Origin: Pseudomonadota bacterium
Lineage (GTDB): Bacteria; Bdellovibrionota; FAC87; UBA2466
DNA: 64,000 bases
Assembly (NCBI GenBank): GCA_009927005.1
Contig: RFNV01000159.1
Coordinates: 5,605 to 69,604 of the forward strand
Reading direction: 5' to 3'
This document shows positions 10,388 through 20,287 of the stretch, piece after piece. A program made the position numbers and the translations under genes. The notes beneath the pieces are model-generated. The model was not told where the DNA came from. It saw only the letters and a program-made list of their open reading frames with translations, and made no database searches. The stretch's first letter is position 1. Each line of letters begins with the position of its first letter.

Positions 10388-11314
10388 ATGAGTGTTGAGA
10401 ACGTCATTATTATTGGTTCAGGGCCTGCAGGGTACACTGCCGCAATCTACGCTGCCCGTGCCAATTTAAATCCCCTCGTAATTGAAGGTTATCAATCGGG
10501 AGGGCTTCTCATGCTCACCAGCGAAGTAGAAAACTTCCCGGGTTTTCCTAAGGGAATTCAGGGCCCAGAACTGATGTCCCATTTCAGAGCTCAAGCGGAG
10601 CGCTTTGGAACTCGTTTTATTCAAAAAAATGTCACTGACGTTGATTTTTCTAAAAGCCTAAAAAGAGTCATGATTGAAAACGAAGTCCACGAAGCCAAGA
10701 CTGTCATCGTATCCACAGGAGCTGCGACAAAATGGATTGGCTTAGAGTCAGAACAACGCTTTTTGGGTAAAGGAGTTTCCAGTTGTGCTACCTGTGATGG
10801 TGCGTTTTTCAGAGACGCCAAACTAGTCGTTGTGGGAGGGGGAGATTCTGCAATGGAGGAGGCCAACTTTCTCACTCGATTTGCCTCACACGTAACGGTG
10901 ATTCATCGGAGAGATACGCTGAAAGCATCTAAAATCATGCAGGACAGAGCCAAGAGCAATCCCAAGATTAGTTTTATTTGGGACACTGAAGTTTTAGAAG
11001 TTCTCGGAGACGATGCAGTAAAGGGCTGTCGAGTGAGGAACCTGAAAACCGGTCAAGTCTCTGAAGTACCCTGCGAGGGATTTTTCGTTGCAATTGGACA
11101 CGAACCCAATACCGCTTTTCTCAAAGGGAAAATCGATTTGGACACCAAGGGCTATGTTGTCCTGAATGACCGCCCGACTACGAAGACAAGTATTCCAGGT
11201 GTATTTGCAGCTGGTGACGTTCAAGATACGGTTTACAGACAAGCCATCACAGCTGCCGCTTCTGGGTGTCAGGCAGCTATTGATGTCGAACGATATTTAG
11301 AAAGCCTTCATTAA
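10388..11314 (+). CDS. trxB: Thioredoxin-disulfide reductase
   Basis: IIGSGPAGYTAA FAD motif, CATCDG redox-active disulfide and VVGGGDSA NADPH motif. Confidence 0.9.
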   Translation: MSVENVIIIGSGPAGYTAAIYAARANLNPLVIEGYQSGGLLMLTSEVENFPGFPKGIQGPELMSHFRAQAERFGTRFIQKNVTDVDFSKSLKRVMIENEVHEAKTVIVSTGAATKWIGLESEQRFLGKGVSSCATCDGAFFRDAKLVVVGGGDSAMEEANFLTRFASHVTVIHRRDTLKASKIMQDRAKSNPKISFIWDTEVLEVLGDDAVKGCRVRNLKTGQVSEVPCEGFFVAIGHEPNTAFLKGKIDLDTKGYVVLNDRPTTKTSIPGVFAAGDVQDTVYRQAITAAASGCQAAIDVERYLESLH

Positions 11315-13252
11315 ATGACGATCTCAAAATTGCGTTTTGACTATACGCCAGAGCAAGTCGAAAAGTTGGGAAAACAGTTTTTTTCTCAATTGGAAAACCA
11401 ACTCAACGCAATCGGAACGAAACAAAGTTCCTCTGCCATTTTTGATTTAGAATTTTCACTGGTGGAATTCTCAAATGCTTTGAGTGTTCCCCTGTTTTTA
11501 AAGTACGTTTCGCCAAGCGCTGAGGTTCGAAAAGCTTCTGATCACCTTGAAACACAAGTCCAGAAGCTTATGGTGGATATATTTACTCGTGAAGACCTCT
11601 TTCATGCAGTCGAAAAATCTGAGAAGGATCTTAAAGAGAAATCTCCAGTTCAGGAAGAGTTAATTAAAGAATACTTATTTAACTTTAGAAAAAATGGCTT
11701 GGGCCTTTCCCCTGAATTAAGAAAGAGTTTTATAGAAAAAAAGAAGCGATTGGTTGAACTAGAATCTCAGTTCTCTCAGAATCTCATGTCTGAAAACAAA
11801 GTCTTGAGTTTCACCAAAGAGGCAATGGCCGGACTACCCGATTCATTTATTGAAAGTCTCAACAAAAATCAGGATGGGAAATACGAAATTACCCTTTCCT
11901 ACCCTCACGTGACTCCATTTATGGAGAACGTCATTAGCACCCAAGCGAGAAAAGAAGTTAGTTTTCATTTTAATAATCGGGGCGGGGCTAAAAACAAGGC
12001 TCTTTTGGAAGAAGCAGTTACTCTACGTCATGAACTAGCACAACTTCTCGGCTATAAAAATCATGCGGAGCTCATTCTTTCGAGAAGGATGGCCCTTAAA
12101 CCTGAAACAGCCATTCTTTTCCTAGAGGACTTGGCCAGAAAGCTTAAGACTTTGGGAGAGAACGAACGGGCAGACTTACTCAAATTAAAACGAGAGATTC
12201 TGCAGGATGAAAGTCCCTTGACCTCTTACGAATGGCGTTTTCTTCATAATCAGCTACTGAAAAGCAAATATGAAGTTGATCCTTTGCAGATACAGGAATA
12301 TTTCCCTCTGGAAACTGTTCTTAAGGGGATGTTTGACATTTTTCAAACAGTCTTGGGAGTGAGCTTTAAGAAAGATCCTTCCGCTGAGGTGTGGCACCCT
12401 ACGGTCCAAAAGTTTGAAGTGTGGAAGGGAAACTCGCTTGTGTCTCACTTCTACATGGATTTATTTCCGAGAGAAGGCAAATACAATCATGCAGCTGCAT
12501 TCACTCTGATTTCAGCTTATCGACAAGCTGATAATTCTTATCAGATTCCCTTTTCTTCGATAGTGGCTAACTTTAGTAGCCCCAATTCGGAAAAGCCCTC
12601 TCTACTTCTTCATAGCGAAGTTGAGACGCTTTTTCATGAATTTGGCCATATCATGCATCAGGTTTTAACCCGAGCTACTTACCCGAGCTTCTCTGGTACC
12701 GGCGTAAAAACAGATTTTGTCGAGGCCCCATCTCAAATGTTTGAGAACTGGGTTTGGGACAAGGACATGCTCCAGCGTCTCAGTGGGCATTACCAACGGC
12801 CAAATGAAAAACTTCCCGACGAACTCATTCAAAAGATGTTGGATGCAAAACATCTGAACCAGGGACTACACAATCTGCGGCAGATCTCTTTTGGGTTCTT
12901 CGACTTTGACTTACATACTCACCCACACCTTGATTCAACCGAAGTTTATTCCAAACGAATGTCGGAGATCTTGGGAATACCGATTCTTACTGGGACTCTC
13001 CCACAGGCAAGTTTTGGACACCTGATGGGTGGTTATGATGCTGGTTACTATGGATATCTCTGGGCCGAGGTTTTTGCTCAAGATATGTTTACTCGCTTTG
13101 AGCGAGAGGGGCTTCTGAATTCAAAGACGGGGGAAGATTACAGAAAATGGATCTTGGAACCCGGAGGAGAGAAGCACCCCAGTGAACTCATTCGTGGATT
13201 TTTAGGTCGAGAACCAAATTCGGATGCTTTTCTCAAAGGGCTTGGCTTTTAG
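11315..13252 (+). CDS. M3-family zinc oligopeptidase (thimet oligopeptidase / oligopeptidase A / Dcp-like)
   Basis: HEFGHIMH HExxH motif within an M3-like C-terminal catalytic region, 645 aa. It starts 1 nt after the trxB stop. Confidence 0.8.
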   Translation: MTISKLRFDYTPEQVEKLGKQFFSQLENQLNAIGTKQSSSAIFDLEFSLVEFSNALSVPLFLKYVSPSAEVRKASDHLETQVQKLMVDIFTREDLFHAVEKSEKDLKEKSPVQEELIKEYLFNFRKNGLGLSPELRKSFIEKKKRLVELESQFSQNLMSENKVLSFTKEAMAGLPDSFIESLNKNQDGKYEITLSYPHVTPFMENVISTQARKEVSFHFNNRGGAKNKALLEEAVTLRHELAQLLGYKNHAELILSRRMALKPETAILFLEDLARKLKTLGENERADLLKLKREILQDESPLTSYEWRFLHNQLLKSKYEVDPLQIQEYFPLETVLKGMFDIFQTVLGVSFKKDPSAEVWHPTVQKFEVWKGNSLVSHFYMDLFPREGKYNHAAAFTLISAYRQADNSYQIPFSSIVANFSSPNSEKPSLLLHSEVETLFHEFGHIMHQVLTRATYPSFSGTGVKTDFVEAPSQMFENWVWDKDMLQRLSGHYQRPNEKLPDELIQKMLDAKHLNQGLHNLRQISFGFFDFDLHTHPHLDSTEVYSKRMSEILGIPILTGTLPQASFGHLMGGYDAGYYGYLWAEVFAQDMFTRFEREGLLNSKTGEDYRKWILEPGGEKHPSELIRGFLGREPNSDAFLKGLGF

Positions 13253-13962
13253 AAACTCGCATTTAATGCGTAAAAAATAACATGATTGATTCGGTCTTCG
13301 GTGGAACGAGGACGCCAGACATAATTAAATAGATAAGCAAAATCAGAATTTATCCCTTTTGCCCACTGATAATTTAATCCCAGAAACAATCGATTTTGGT
13401 CAAAACCCGATTTAGCACCTGAGGGCTGTGTGGTGTTGAGGTTTAAAAATAACTCATTTGCGATAAGACCTCTTGTAGGACTATCTTGAAACCACGGATG
13501 AAGGGTTCGAACCTGGTAGCGCACGCGAAAAGCAGCTTCGCTTGTGGTACTTAAATTTCTGTCTTCGATTCGCAACCGATGAGTCCATTGTATCTCTGAA
13601 CCCCCACCGTGATTGTAAACGGCTTGAGCGAACATCCGTGTTTCATCAACAAACGATGGCAAGTAGGTCGGCTGCCACAAGAAGCCCGCTCCCACGGAAA
13701 GGTGAGAATCTACTTCGTAGGAAGCAGCAAATCGCGCAATCAATGCGGCAAGGGAACTTTTCGTCAGTGAAATTCGTGGTTGAAACTCAGTAAAGAGTTT
13801 AAGGGGCCCACTGATCGGAAACGTTTGGTTTAGCTGAACCCAGTTTTGGAGCTCAGTTTCCACGCCTGTGCTAACGGTAGGAGTGAGGGCTACAAAAATA
13901 AAAACTAAAATGCCTTTTCTAAAAAGGGATTTCACTTTCGAGCTCCAAGCCACATTCGGCAA
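13249..13962 (-). CDS. Putative outer-membrane beta-barrel protein
   Basis: N-terminal signal-like hydrophobic segment, an alternating amphipathic strand pattern, and a C-terminal aromatic residue (…ALNASF). Confidence 0.35.
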   Translation of the reverse strand: MPNVAWSSKVKSLFRKGILVFIFVALTPTVSTGVETELQNWVQLNQTFPISGPLKLFTEFQPRISLTKSSLAALIARFAASYEVDSHLSVGAGFLWQPTYLPSFVDETRMFAQAVYNHGGGSEIQWTHRLRIEDRNLSTTSEAAFRVRYQVRTLHPWFQDSPTRGLIANELFLNLNTTQPSGAKSGFDQNRLFLGLNYQWAKGINSDFAYLFNYVWRPRSTEDRINHVIFYALNASF

Positions 13963-14852
13963 AAACTAGAGTAGTTCGTGGCGATTTGCTCAGAAGCCTG
14001 TTCTCGAGTGATCTTTCCTTCTTTAAACGCTTTTAGAGGCTCCCAGAACACAGTTCTTCCAACCGCAAAACCGATAACGCCTTTTACGTTGACTCCGGCC
14101 TGCAGCCATTCACGCACTTTTTCACTGCTTTCGCCTCGGCCAAGAACGATACATCCCACTTTGTCACGGCCACCTTCGCGTGCAGCTTGGCATACCTTCA
14201 CAAAGTCGTCGGTTCTATCAAGGCCTTCCAACTTCCATACGTCGGCTTCAATTCCAGACTTTTGCAGTTCACGAATGGCACGGACCATGAGCGCAGGTCT
14301 CATTTCAGTATCAAAAACTTTTTTATCCCCTTTGCACTGTTCGAGTTGTGCAGGAGTGGCTGGAACCAAGAGCTCAAACATGAATTTTCTATTGGTTTTT
14401 TCAAGAAATCGACTGAGATCCGCTAAGCGACCCGCTTGGCGACAGTTCATTTCTTTGTCTCCCTCGGGATTATAACGAACGAGTACTTTCACTAAATTCG
14501 GATTGGTTTTCTCGATGTGAGCCTGATAATCCGTGTACTCAAAATCAAATTCGTCCTGCCCACTTTTTTCTGCTGGAACAGAAACGGAAAAGCCAGCGGC
14601 TTTGGCTCTTTGAATTACTTCAGTACCAAATTGCTCATCAACCAGGATTCCCATGATGTCTTTGGGAAGCCCACTTCTCACTGCTTTTTCAAATCCCTCG
14701 TAGATAATTGTTTTATAGGAAGCAATCATCTTGGTTTCTTCAGGAGTTGGTTTTCCTTTGATCCCAAATAACTTTTCTTGAAAAGAACCTCGATGATCAA
14801 AAGGAAGAACTAAAAGTTGTTTGTTGTAGCCTCGATCTTGAACACTTGCCAT
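13932..14852 (-). CDS. Class I aldolase-like TIM-barrel protein (LacD / DUF2090 family)
   Basis: [11 protein letters not shown] … ILVDEQFG layout resembling the tagatose-bisphosphate aldolase-like family. The family assignment is from memory only. Confidence 0.35.
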   Translation of the reverse strand: MASVQDRGYNKQLLVLPFDHRGSFQEKLFGIKGKPTPEETKMIASYKTIIYEGFEKAVRSGLPKDIMGILVDEQFGTEVIQRAKAAGFSVSVPAEKSGQDEFDFEYTDYQAHIEKTNPNLVKVLVRYNPEGDKEMNCRQAGRLADLSRFLEKTNRKFMFELLVPATPAQLEQCKGDKKVFDTEMRPALMVRAIRELQKSGIEADVWKLEGLDRTDDFVKVCQAAREGGRDKVGCIVLGRGESSEKVREWLQAGVNVKGVIGFAVGRTVFWEPLKAFKEGKITREQASEQIATNYSSFCRMWLGARK

Positions 14853-14934
14853 AGGGACTCCTTAAATTTAACTCCCCAAGTCTAGGCAAAAAGATCGGCA
14901 TTAGCAACCCCTGGATTGTGAACTCAGAAGGCCC

Positions 14935-15546
14935 ATGCTAGGATTTATCCCATACATGACATCCATTTCCGTTTCAGATTTCTTGGAGTTTTTAACGCCA
15001 TTAAAAGCTCAGGATTTTAAAACTGACAAAGTCGATCGCTTTTTGCAAAGGCGTTGGTTTCAGGAAGACTCGTTCCTCCCCTTTATCCACTTTCGGGATG
15101 ACACGTATGGACGGAATCTCGTATTTCGAAATAATTTTTTTGAATTGGCTATTCTCACCTGGCTTCCGGGACATAGAACCCCCATTCACGATCATGGAAA
15201 TCAAAGATGTTGGATGATGGTTGAATCAGGAGAGCTAACTTTTAAAAATTATGAATTTCCTTCCTCAGACACAGCAAAACTAAAGCCTCTGGGTAGAGCC
15301 GAGGCTATCAACAAGGGCACTAAGGTTTACATTGATGACGATTTGGGTGTTCACTCAATCACCAATGCTACACAAAAACCAGCAGTGAGTGTTCACTTGT
15401 ACGCTGCTCCCGTAAACTCATGTCGGGTCTACAATGAAGCGACCAAACGCTTTGAGCGAAAACTACTTTCTTACCTAACTGAAGGGGTATGGTCACCAGA
15501 AGGCGAACTGATTGAAAGCCGGCTGTGTGCGCCCTTGCTTTTTTAG
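14935..15546 (+). CDS. Cysteine dioxygenase type I-like cupin (thiol dioxygenase)
   Basis: Cupin His motif HDHGNQRCWMMVESGEL and a second His in VHLYAAP. Confidence 0.5.
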   Translation: MLGFIPYMTSISVSDFLEFLTPLKAQDFKTDKVDRFLQRRWFQEDSFLPFIHFRDDTYGRNLVFRNNFFELAILTWLPGHRTPIHDHGNQRCWMMVESGELTFKNYEFPSSDTAKLKPLGRAEAINKGTKVYIDDDLGVHSITNATQKPAVSVHLYAAPVNSCRVYNEATKRFERKLLSYLTEGVWSPEGELIESRLCAPLLF

Positions 15547-15548
15547 AA

Positions 15549-16490
15549 TCAAGAAAACTCAAACGGTACTTTTTCAATCGTTTTTGGAGCCTGGGGGGAA
15601 ACAGAGTTTAGTTTCTTTCCAGAAAGAACGGTTTCATATTTTTTTAAATAACTTTTTGCCATCTCACGATAATGAAATCTTGAAAGTGCCCAATCCCGAC
15701 AGTCCTTGGGTTTAAATTCCCCCAGGTTTTTAGCAGCTGAAATAAATTCACCATAGTTATGACAAATACGGCCCACTTGCGGATCGATTAATTCCTTCAG
15801 AGAACCAAAAGGCGTCGCCAAAACGGGAGTTCCAGACACTAGGGCTTCGGTGACTGCGATACCAAAAGGCTCATTCCAAAGGACAGGAAAAAGAAGTCCC
15901 TCCGATCGGGAGATCCACCGTGCTTTTTCAGTTCCCCCGAGCATGCCCCGCCAGTGAATTCCCCGCCAAACGGGACACCACCACCGACTGCCCCCCACCA
16001 CATTCAACTTTTTTCCAGCTCGTCTAGCAATTTGAATAGCTCCCTTTACATTCTTAACTGCCCAAGATGCCTTTGCCAAAAACAGCAGTTCTCGGCTCTT
16101 CTCTGAACTAAAGAAGTACTCATCGGGATCCAGTCCATTATAGACAAAAACTTCACTTCCATTTCTCTGGGCGTGGTTATGGCTTACAAAAACTGTATTC
16201 GGAAGAAAGACCTCACCGGCTTTCGCATTTCCCTCAATGGTAACGAGGTAAGGCTGATCGGGTTCCTGAGAGGGGGTATTAAAAAAATGGGTAATATCAG
16301 CTTGGGGGCGAGGCTCGCGAAGATCATAAACTCTCCCAAACGAGCAGCTCGACCCTGGGAGACAAATCAAATTAACTTGGTGACCCAGTTCAGAGAGGCC
16401 CTTGGCGAGCCACCAAACGACGCGCTCGGTACCTCCGTATTTTTGTACGGGGAACCGAGCTTCGTGAATTAGAGAAATGGAGTAGGCCAT
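15549..16490 (-). CDS. Glycosyltransferase family 4 (GT-B fold)
   Basis: C-terminal EX7E-type motif NEPFGIAVTEALVSGTPVL and a GT4-like N-terminus (YGGTERVVWWLAKGL). Confidence 0.65.
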   Translation of the reverse strand: MAYSISLIHEARFPVQKYGGTERVVWWLAKGLSELGHQVNLICLPGSSCSFGRVYDLREPRPQADITHFFNTPSQEPDQPYLVTIEGNAKAGEVFLPNTVFVSHNHAQRNGSEVFVYNGLDPDEYFFSSEKSRELLFLAKASWAVKNVKGAIQIARRAGKKLNVVGGSRWWCPVWRGIHWRGMLGGTEKARWISRSEGLLFPVLWNEPFGIAVTEALVSGTPVLATPFGSLKELIDPQVGRICHNYGEFISAAKNLGEFKPKDCRDWALSRFHYREMAKSYLKKYETVLSGKKLNSVSPQAPKTIEKVPFEFS

Positions 16491-16516
16491 GGGCCTAGAG
16501 AAAATAACAGAAACTC

Positions 16517-16966
16517 TTATTTTTTGGCAATTTGAGAACTAGTAACTCGATACAAATGTTCGTCCGCCTCGCGAGCCCATTCCTTAATAAATCGTCCAAC
16601 CCACTTTTGCATTTCTGGATTCTGGGAAGTAAGACTGACTGTTCTTCTTCCCATTCTTTCGGCTTTGTCTACTAACTCAAATCGAAGACCCTTTAAAAAC
16701 CGAGCGGCAGCCTCTGGATTCCTTTTCTTGAGTTCAGTAAAACTCGCGACCATCTTTCGTGTGCTAGAAGCATCCACTTCGTTTCCAACTCGTACGACAA
16801 AATCTAAATAGGGTTGATAATTATCTAAGATATCGGAGGTGTCTCTTACGGTTCTAACATTTGGAAATGCAGTCGCTGCATATCCATTGGTTGATAAGGA
16901 TGCGAGTCCCACCAAGATAGTCGTTATTGAAACAAATTTTTTAAGATGATTTTTTTTCGAGCGCAT
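16517..16966 (-). CDS. Small secreted hypothetical protein
   Basis: Signal peptide MRSKKNHLKKFVSITTILVGLASLSTNGYAA from an internal Met. No recognisable domain. Confidence 0.35.
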   Translation of the reverse strand: MRSKKNHLKKFVSITTILVGLASLSTNGYAATAFPNVRTVRDTSDILDNYQPYLDFVVRVGNEVDASSTRKMVASFTELKKRNPEAAARFLKGLRFELVDKAERMGRRTVSLTSQNPEMQKWVGRFIKEWAREADEHLYRVTSSQIAKK

Positions 16967-17259
16967 TGCCCCTCCCTTTTCCCCAGGGCTGAGTAAATAC
17001 AATTGCTATGCCATCTGTAGACTCTTGGTATTCGCCTGAGTTTTAGGCATTTTCAGCTTTAAATGCCCCAAAAATGTCACTTGTCATACCTCGGAGACAC
17101 AAATTGTGTTACTCCCAACTGCTTTTTCGTTTTTCGGGAAAGGTCCTGAGCTGCAGACATCCTGAATACAGGTGGTACGCCACTTGCTTAGTTCGCCTGG
17201 GTGACTGGCCGTTCGGCGTATCGAACGGAACAGGTGATGAACTGAGGGGGAGAGAATTC

Positions 17260-17820
17260 ATGATATTTCGTAAAGCATCGTTCGCGTTAACGCTTGGACT
17301 AGCACTCGTTTCAACCAAAGCCTTACCAGAAGCTGAAGCAAGCCCAGAGCTAGTCATTAGCAAACCCTATAGGACTTTTGTCACTATTAAAAAATATAAT
17401 CTTGAGAACAATGGAATTCCTTCAAAGCCAATCTCAAACGTGAAACTAGAGATTTCATTTCCTGGCGGACACAAAGTTTCTCTTCCTGAAGGAGGCCATT
17501 ACTGGTCGATTGGAAACAATCAATCTCAAGACATCAACCGCACCTTTGAAGTCCCCTTTGCTTTTATTCAAAAAGATGGATTTTCATTTGATTTGACCAT
17601 GGTGCGAAAAGGCAAAAAAATCCTTCCCTGCCATTTTGAAGTCTCTCGATTATCACAGTTTAATCGGTCTTACGTATGTAGAACCGATGTTGCGTTTCAG
17701 ATGAACCAGCAGAATCTACCGGAAGAAAAAGTCGCTAAAGAAGCAATTGAAATCAGAGTTTTCAGCGATGTTAACTCAACACCTGCTGAGATCCCAAAAG
17801 ACGCTATTGCATTGAAATAG
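17260..17820 (+). CDS. Secreted hypothetical protein
   Basis: Strong SD GAGGGGGAG 5 nt upstream of the ATG at 17260. Signal peptide MIFRKASFALTLGLALVSTKALPEAEA. The track ORF's upstream extension is unlikely to be translated. Confidence 0.45.
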   Translation: MIFRKASFALTLGLALVSTKALPEAEASPELVISKPYRTFVTIKKYNLENNGIPSKPISNVKLEISFPGGHKVSLPEGGHYWSIGNNQSQDINRTFEVPFAFIQKDGFSFDLTMVRKGKKILPCHFEVSRLSQFNRSYVCRTDVAFQMNQQNLPEEKVAKEAIEIRVFSDVNSTPAEIPKDAIALK

Positions 17821-17828
17821 TTTATTCC

Positions 17829-17856
17829 TAGTCCACTTGAACGGACTAGTTTCTCC
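17829..17856 (+). terminator. Intrinsic terminator hairpin
   Basis: CTAGTCC-ACTTGAAC-GGACTAG, a perfect 7-bp stem followed by TTTCTCC, 9 nt after the stop of the 17260..17820 gene. Confidence 0.5.
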
Positions 17857-17879
17857 ACGCCATGCTCGGTGTGCGAGAC

Positions 17880-17927
17880 CAAAGCCCACTCATTCTCCAA
17901 AACTTTTCAGTGGAGAGGGGTGGGCTT
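17880..17927. terminator. Long imperfect hairpin in a convergent intergenic region; candidate bidirectional terminator
   Basis: Outer stem AAAGCCCAC/GTGGGCTTT and inner stem CTCCA/TGGAG, followed by AATATTTTT. Confidence 0.4.
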
Positions 17928-17943
17928 TAATATTTTTAAAAGA

Positions 17944-18540
17944 CTAAAACTCTTTTCGGCCAACAGTTTTTTGTAGGATTTTTCCATCATCCGAACGAAC
18001 GAGAAGTTGAGTTGGCGTTCCAGGTCGTGTCTTGTCCACGGCAGAAGTTGCAAAGGCCAGCTCCCCCGTTTCAAGCCCCTCTCTCAATACGATAACCAGC
18101 GAGTCAGCCGAAAGACTATCGAACTGATAGCGGCCTTCCTGAGACTTTAACTGAGCTGCCTGTTCTTCCAAAACTTCGCGCCGAATGGGAACTTCAGAAA
18201 TGGGACGATACGTATTTTCTTCCTCAACCAAAGATCCATCCGATTGTTCCCGCATCCGTATATTCATTCCTTGGATAGGAACACCGTCCTGGGAAAATGA
18301 GTAGACGAGAGTTCTTCCCAGAGGGGATTCAAATCTCTGCATTTGAACTTGATGGTAATCCTGGACTCCCCACCGCTCACCGGGAATGGTTTCTTTCCCC
18401 GGAGAAGGGCGAGTCTCCTGTTGGAGAACGTTTTCCTTCTTGGGTGCCGGTCGAGATTGTACAGAGAGAGGTTCAACTGGTTTCTCGGCCGACAGGAACC
18501 ACATGAGCAAAATCGCGATAATGAACCATAGTTTCTTCAT
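17944..18540 (-). CDS. Hypothetical exported / membrane-anchored protein
   Basis: N-terminal hydrophobic segment MKKLWFIIAILLMWFLSA, a Pro/Glu-rich linker and no recognisable domain. It overlaps the upstream M4 protease gene by 4 bp. Confidence 0.4.
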   Translation of the reverse strand: MKKLWFIIAILLMWFLSAEKPVEPLSVQSRPAPKKENVLQQETRPSPGKETIPGERWGVQDYHQVQMQRFESPLGRTLVYSFSQDGVPIQGMNIRMREQSDGSLVEEENTYRPISEVPIRREVLEEQAAQLKSQEGRYQFDSLSADSLVIVLREGLETGELAFATSAVDKTRPGTPTQLLVRSDDGKILQKTVGRKEF

Positions 18541-20132
18541 AAACCAAGCTCCAGAGGAATAGTTGTCTCGGGTGCGTTCTCAGAACTTACCTTGAGAGAA
18601 AATGAAACTCGTGACCGACCAGAAGCCGACCGCCTATCAAGAGCCAGCGATACGGAGTTTAAAAAATCTTTGTATTGGGTTCCTGTCACTCGAAGGGTGG
18701 ATCCTCCGGGGAGATCACCGTAAGCTTGAAAATCGACGTAGGGAATGACTGCGGGATCTGAAGAAACAATCTGAACTCGAACATTTCTTGCTGTTCCACT
18801 GTTGGGATTAGAAACCGCAAGAGAAAAGAATATTTCGTCTGCTGAACTGTTGGGGGATACAGAATAAATCTGGCTATTGAATTCCTTAAAACCCACTGCA
18901 GTTGCTTGCAACCTGAGAGGTGCACTCAGGGGTACTCCCCGATCAGGAAATCCCCGCGCTATAAAAGCGTTTTGAATGAATGACCCGTGACTTCCCCCAT
19001 TGAGTGACCTATCTGAATCGAGAAGAGTATTCTTAAAATCAACTAGGGAAGCATTTTTTTTCAGCATTCCGACCGCAGCAAATATCGTCCGATCGGAGTA
19101 AAAGGCCCCAGTTTCTTTGTTTTCTTTTTCAAACTGACTTCTGATGTCCCATAAAACTCGAGTACACCATTCGGCGACATCATATTTTTCGGGAATTCCG
19201 ACGGTTGATTGGTAAGTTGCCACATTCGAAAATCGGTTCTTAGAGTCATTCAGAGAAATCGCTGCCCGCAAAGGGTAGTTAGCTTTAATGTCCGAAAGAT
19301 TTCGAGCGGCCCATCTTCCGATGTAACCCTTTTGAGAAGCTGTTTCACTTAAGTAATCAGCCAAACATTCATGAATTGCTCCAGCTTCGGTAAAAGTAGC
19401 TCCCTTTTCACCAGCATCGTCAATTCCCCGGCTTGCACTGATACTTTCATTGAAGAGATGACCAAACTCATGCCAGTAAACATCGCGATCAGCACCCAAT
19501 GGATATTGGACATCGCCAAAGAGCTGGATGTACCTCGGCTTCTGAGGTTGGTAGGTATTATGGACGTAATAAGCATTGATTTCTTTGCTAGTTTGCGAGG
19601 TGGTTGCTTGCTCTGGATCGGTATTGGATCGCACCATCACATAGAGCTGCCGAGATTGATCAAGAGAAAACCCAAGAGCTTTCACATAATCTGAAATAGA
19701 ACTCACTGCATGGTAGGCCATCACCTGGGAATACTTGGGATCTTGGACGTTTGAAGTCGCTGAGGTGAGCTCTTGCGGCTTTACCAAAAGAGCAGCATTG
19801 TCATAGAGACTATGAACACGAATTTTTAAAAACGAATTATCCAAAGCGGAATAAGTTTGCAGACCGGGGAGACCTACTCCGACTTGCGCATTTTGAAAAG
19901 CTGAGGGAGAGAAATCAAAAGACTTTAGTTGGGGAGAATCAATCGGATTTGGGATCACCAAATAGGCTTGTGGACCTTGTGAAAATCTGTCCAGCCTGAA
20001 ATCCCGCAGGGTCTGCAGATTAAGGGCCTGCATGTTGATACTGGGACCGTCCTTACTTGAACGGCGCATGCCACAACCAGAGGCTAAAAGGGTTGCCAGA
20101 AACAAAGCTGCATATACAAGATGCGGTTTCAT
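18537..20132 (-). CDS. M4 (thermolysin-like) zinc metalloprotease, lipoprotein
   Basis: Lipobox LLASGCG, HEFGH, and a downstream EAGAIHECLADY resembling the thermolysin Glu/Asp motif. Confidence 0.6.
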   Translation of the reverse strand: MKPHLVYAALFLATLLASGCGMRRSSKDGPSINMQALNLQTLRDFRLDRFSQGPQAYLVIPNPIDSPQLKSFDFSPSAFQNAQVGVGLPGLQTYSALDNSFLKIRVHSLYDNAALLVKPQELTSATSNVQDPKYSQVMAYHAVSSISDYVKALGFSLDQSRQLYVMVRSNTDPEQATTSQTSKEINAYYVHNTYQPQKPRYIQLFGDVQYPLGADRDVYWHEFGHLFNESISASRGIDDAGEKGATFTEAGAIHECLADYLSETASQKGYIGRWAARNLSDIKANYPLRAAISLNDSKNRFSNVATYQSTVGIPEKYDVAEWCTRVLWDIRSQFEKENKETGAFYSDRTIFAAVGMLKKNASLVDFKNTLLDSDRSLNGGSHGSFIQNAFIARGFPDRGVPLSAPLRLQATAVGFKEFNSQIYSVSPNSSADEIFFSLAVSNPNSGTARNVRVQIVSSDPAVIPYVDFQAYGDLPGGSTLRVTGTQYKDFLNSVSLALDRRSASGRSRVSFSLKVSSENAPETTIPLELGL

Positions 20133-20287
20133 GATGATTAAATGTAAAGAAGTGCAACTTGAATGCCCTGGAATTTGGCCTTCACCCAGCTCACCTAAAA
20201 TCTGGTTTTTGACTAACTCTTAGACAAAGAGAATACACCCTTAGCTAAAAACATTTTTTATCATTTATTTTCAATAACTTACGACCA

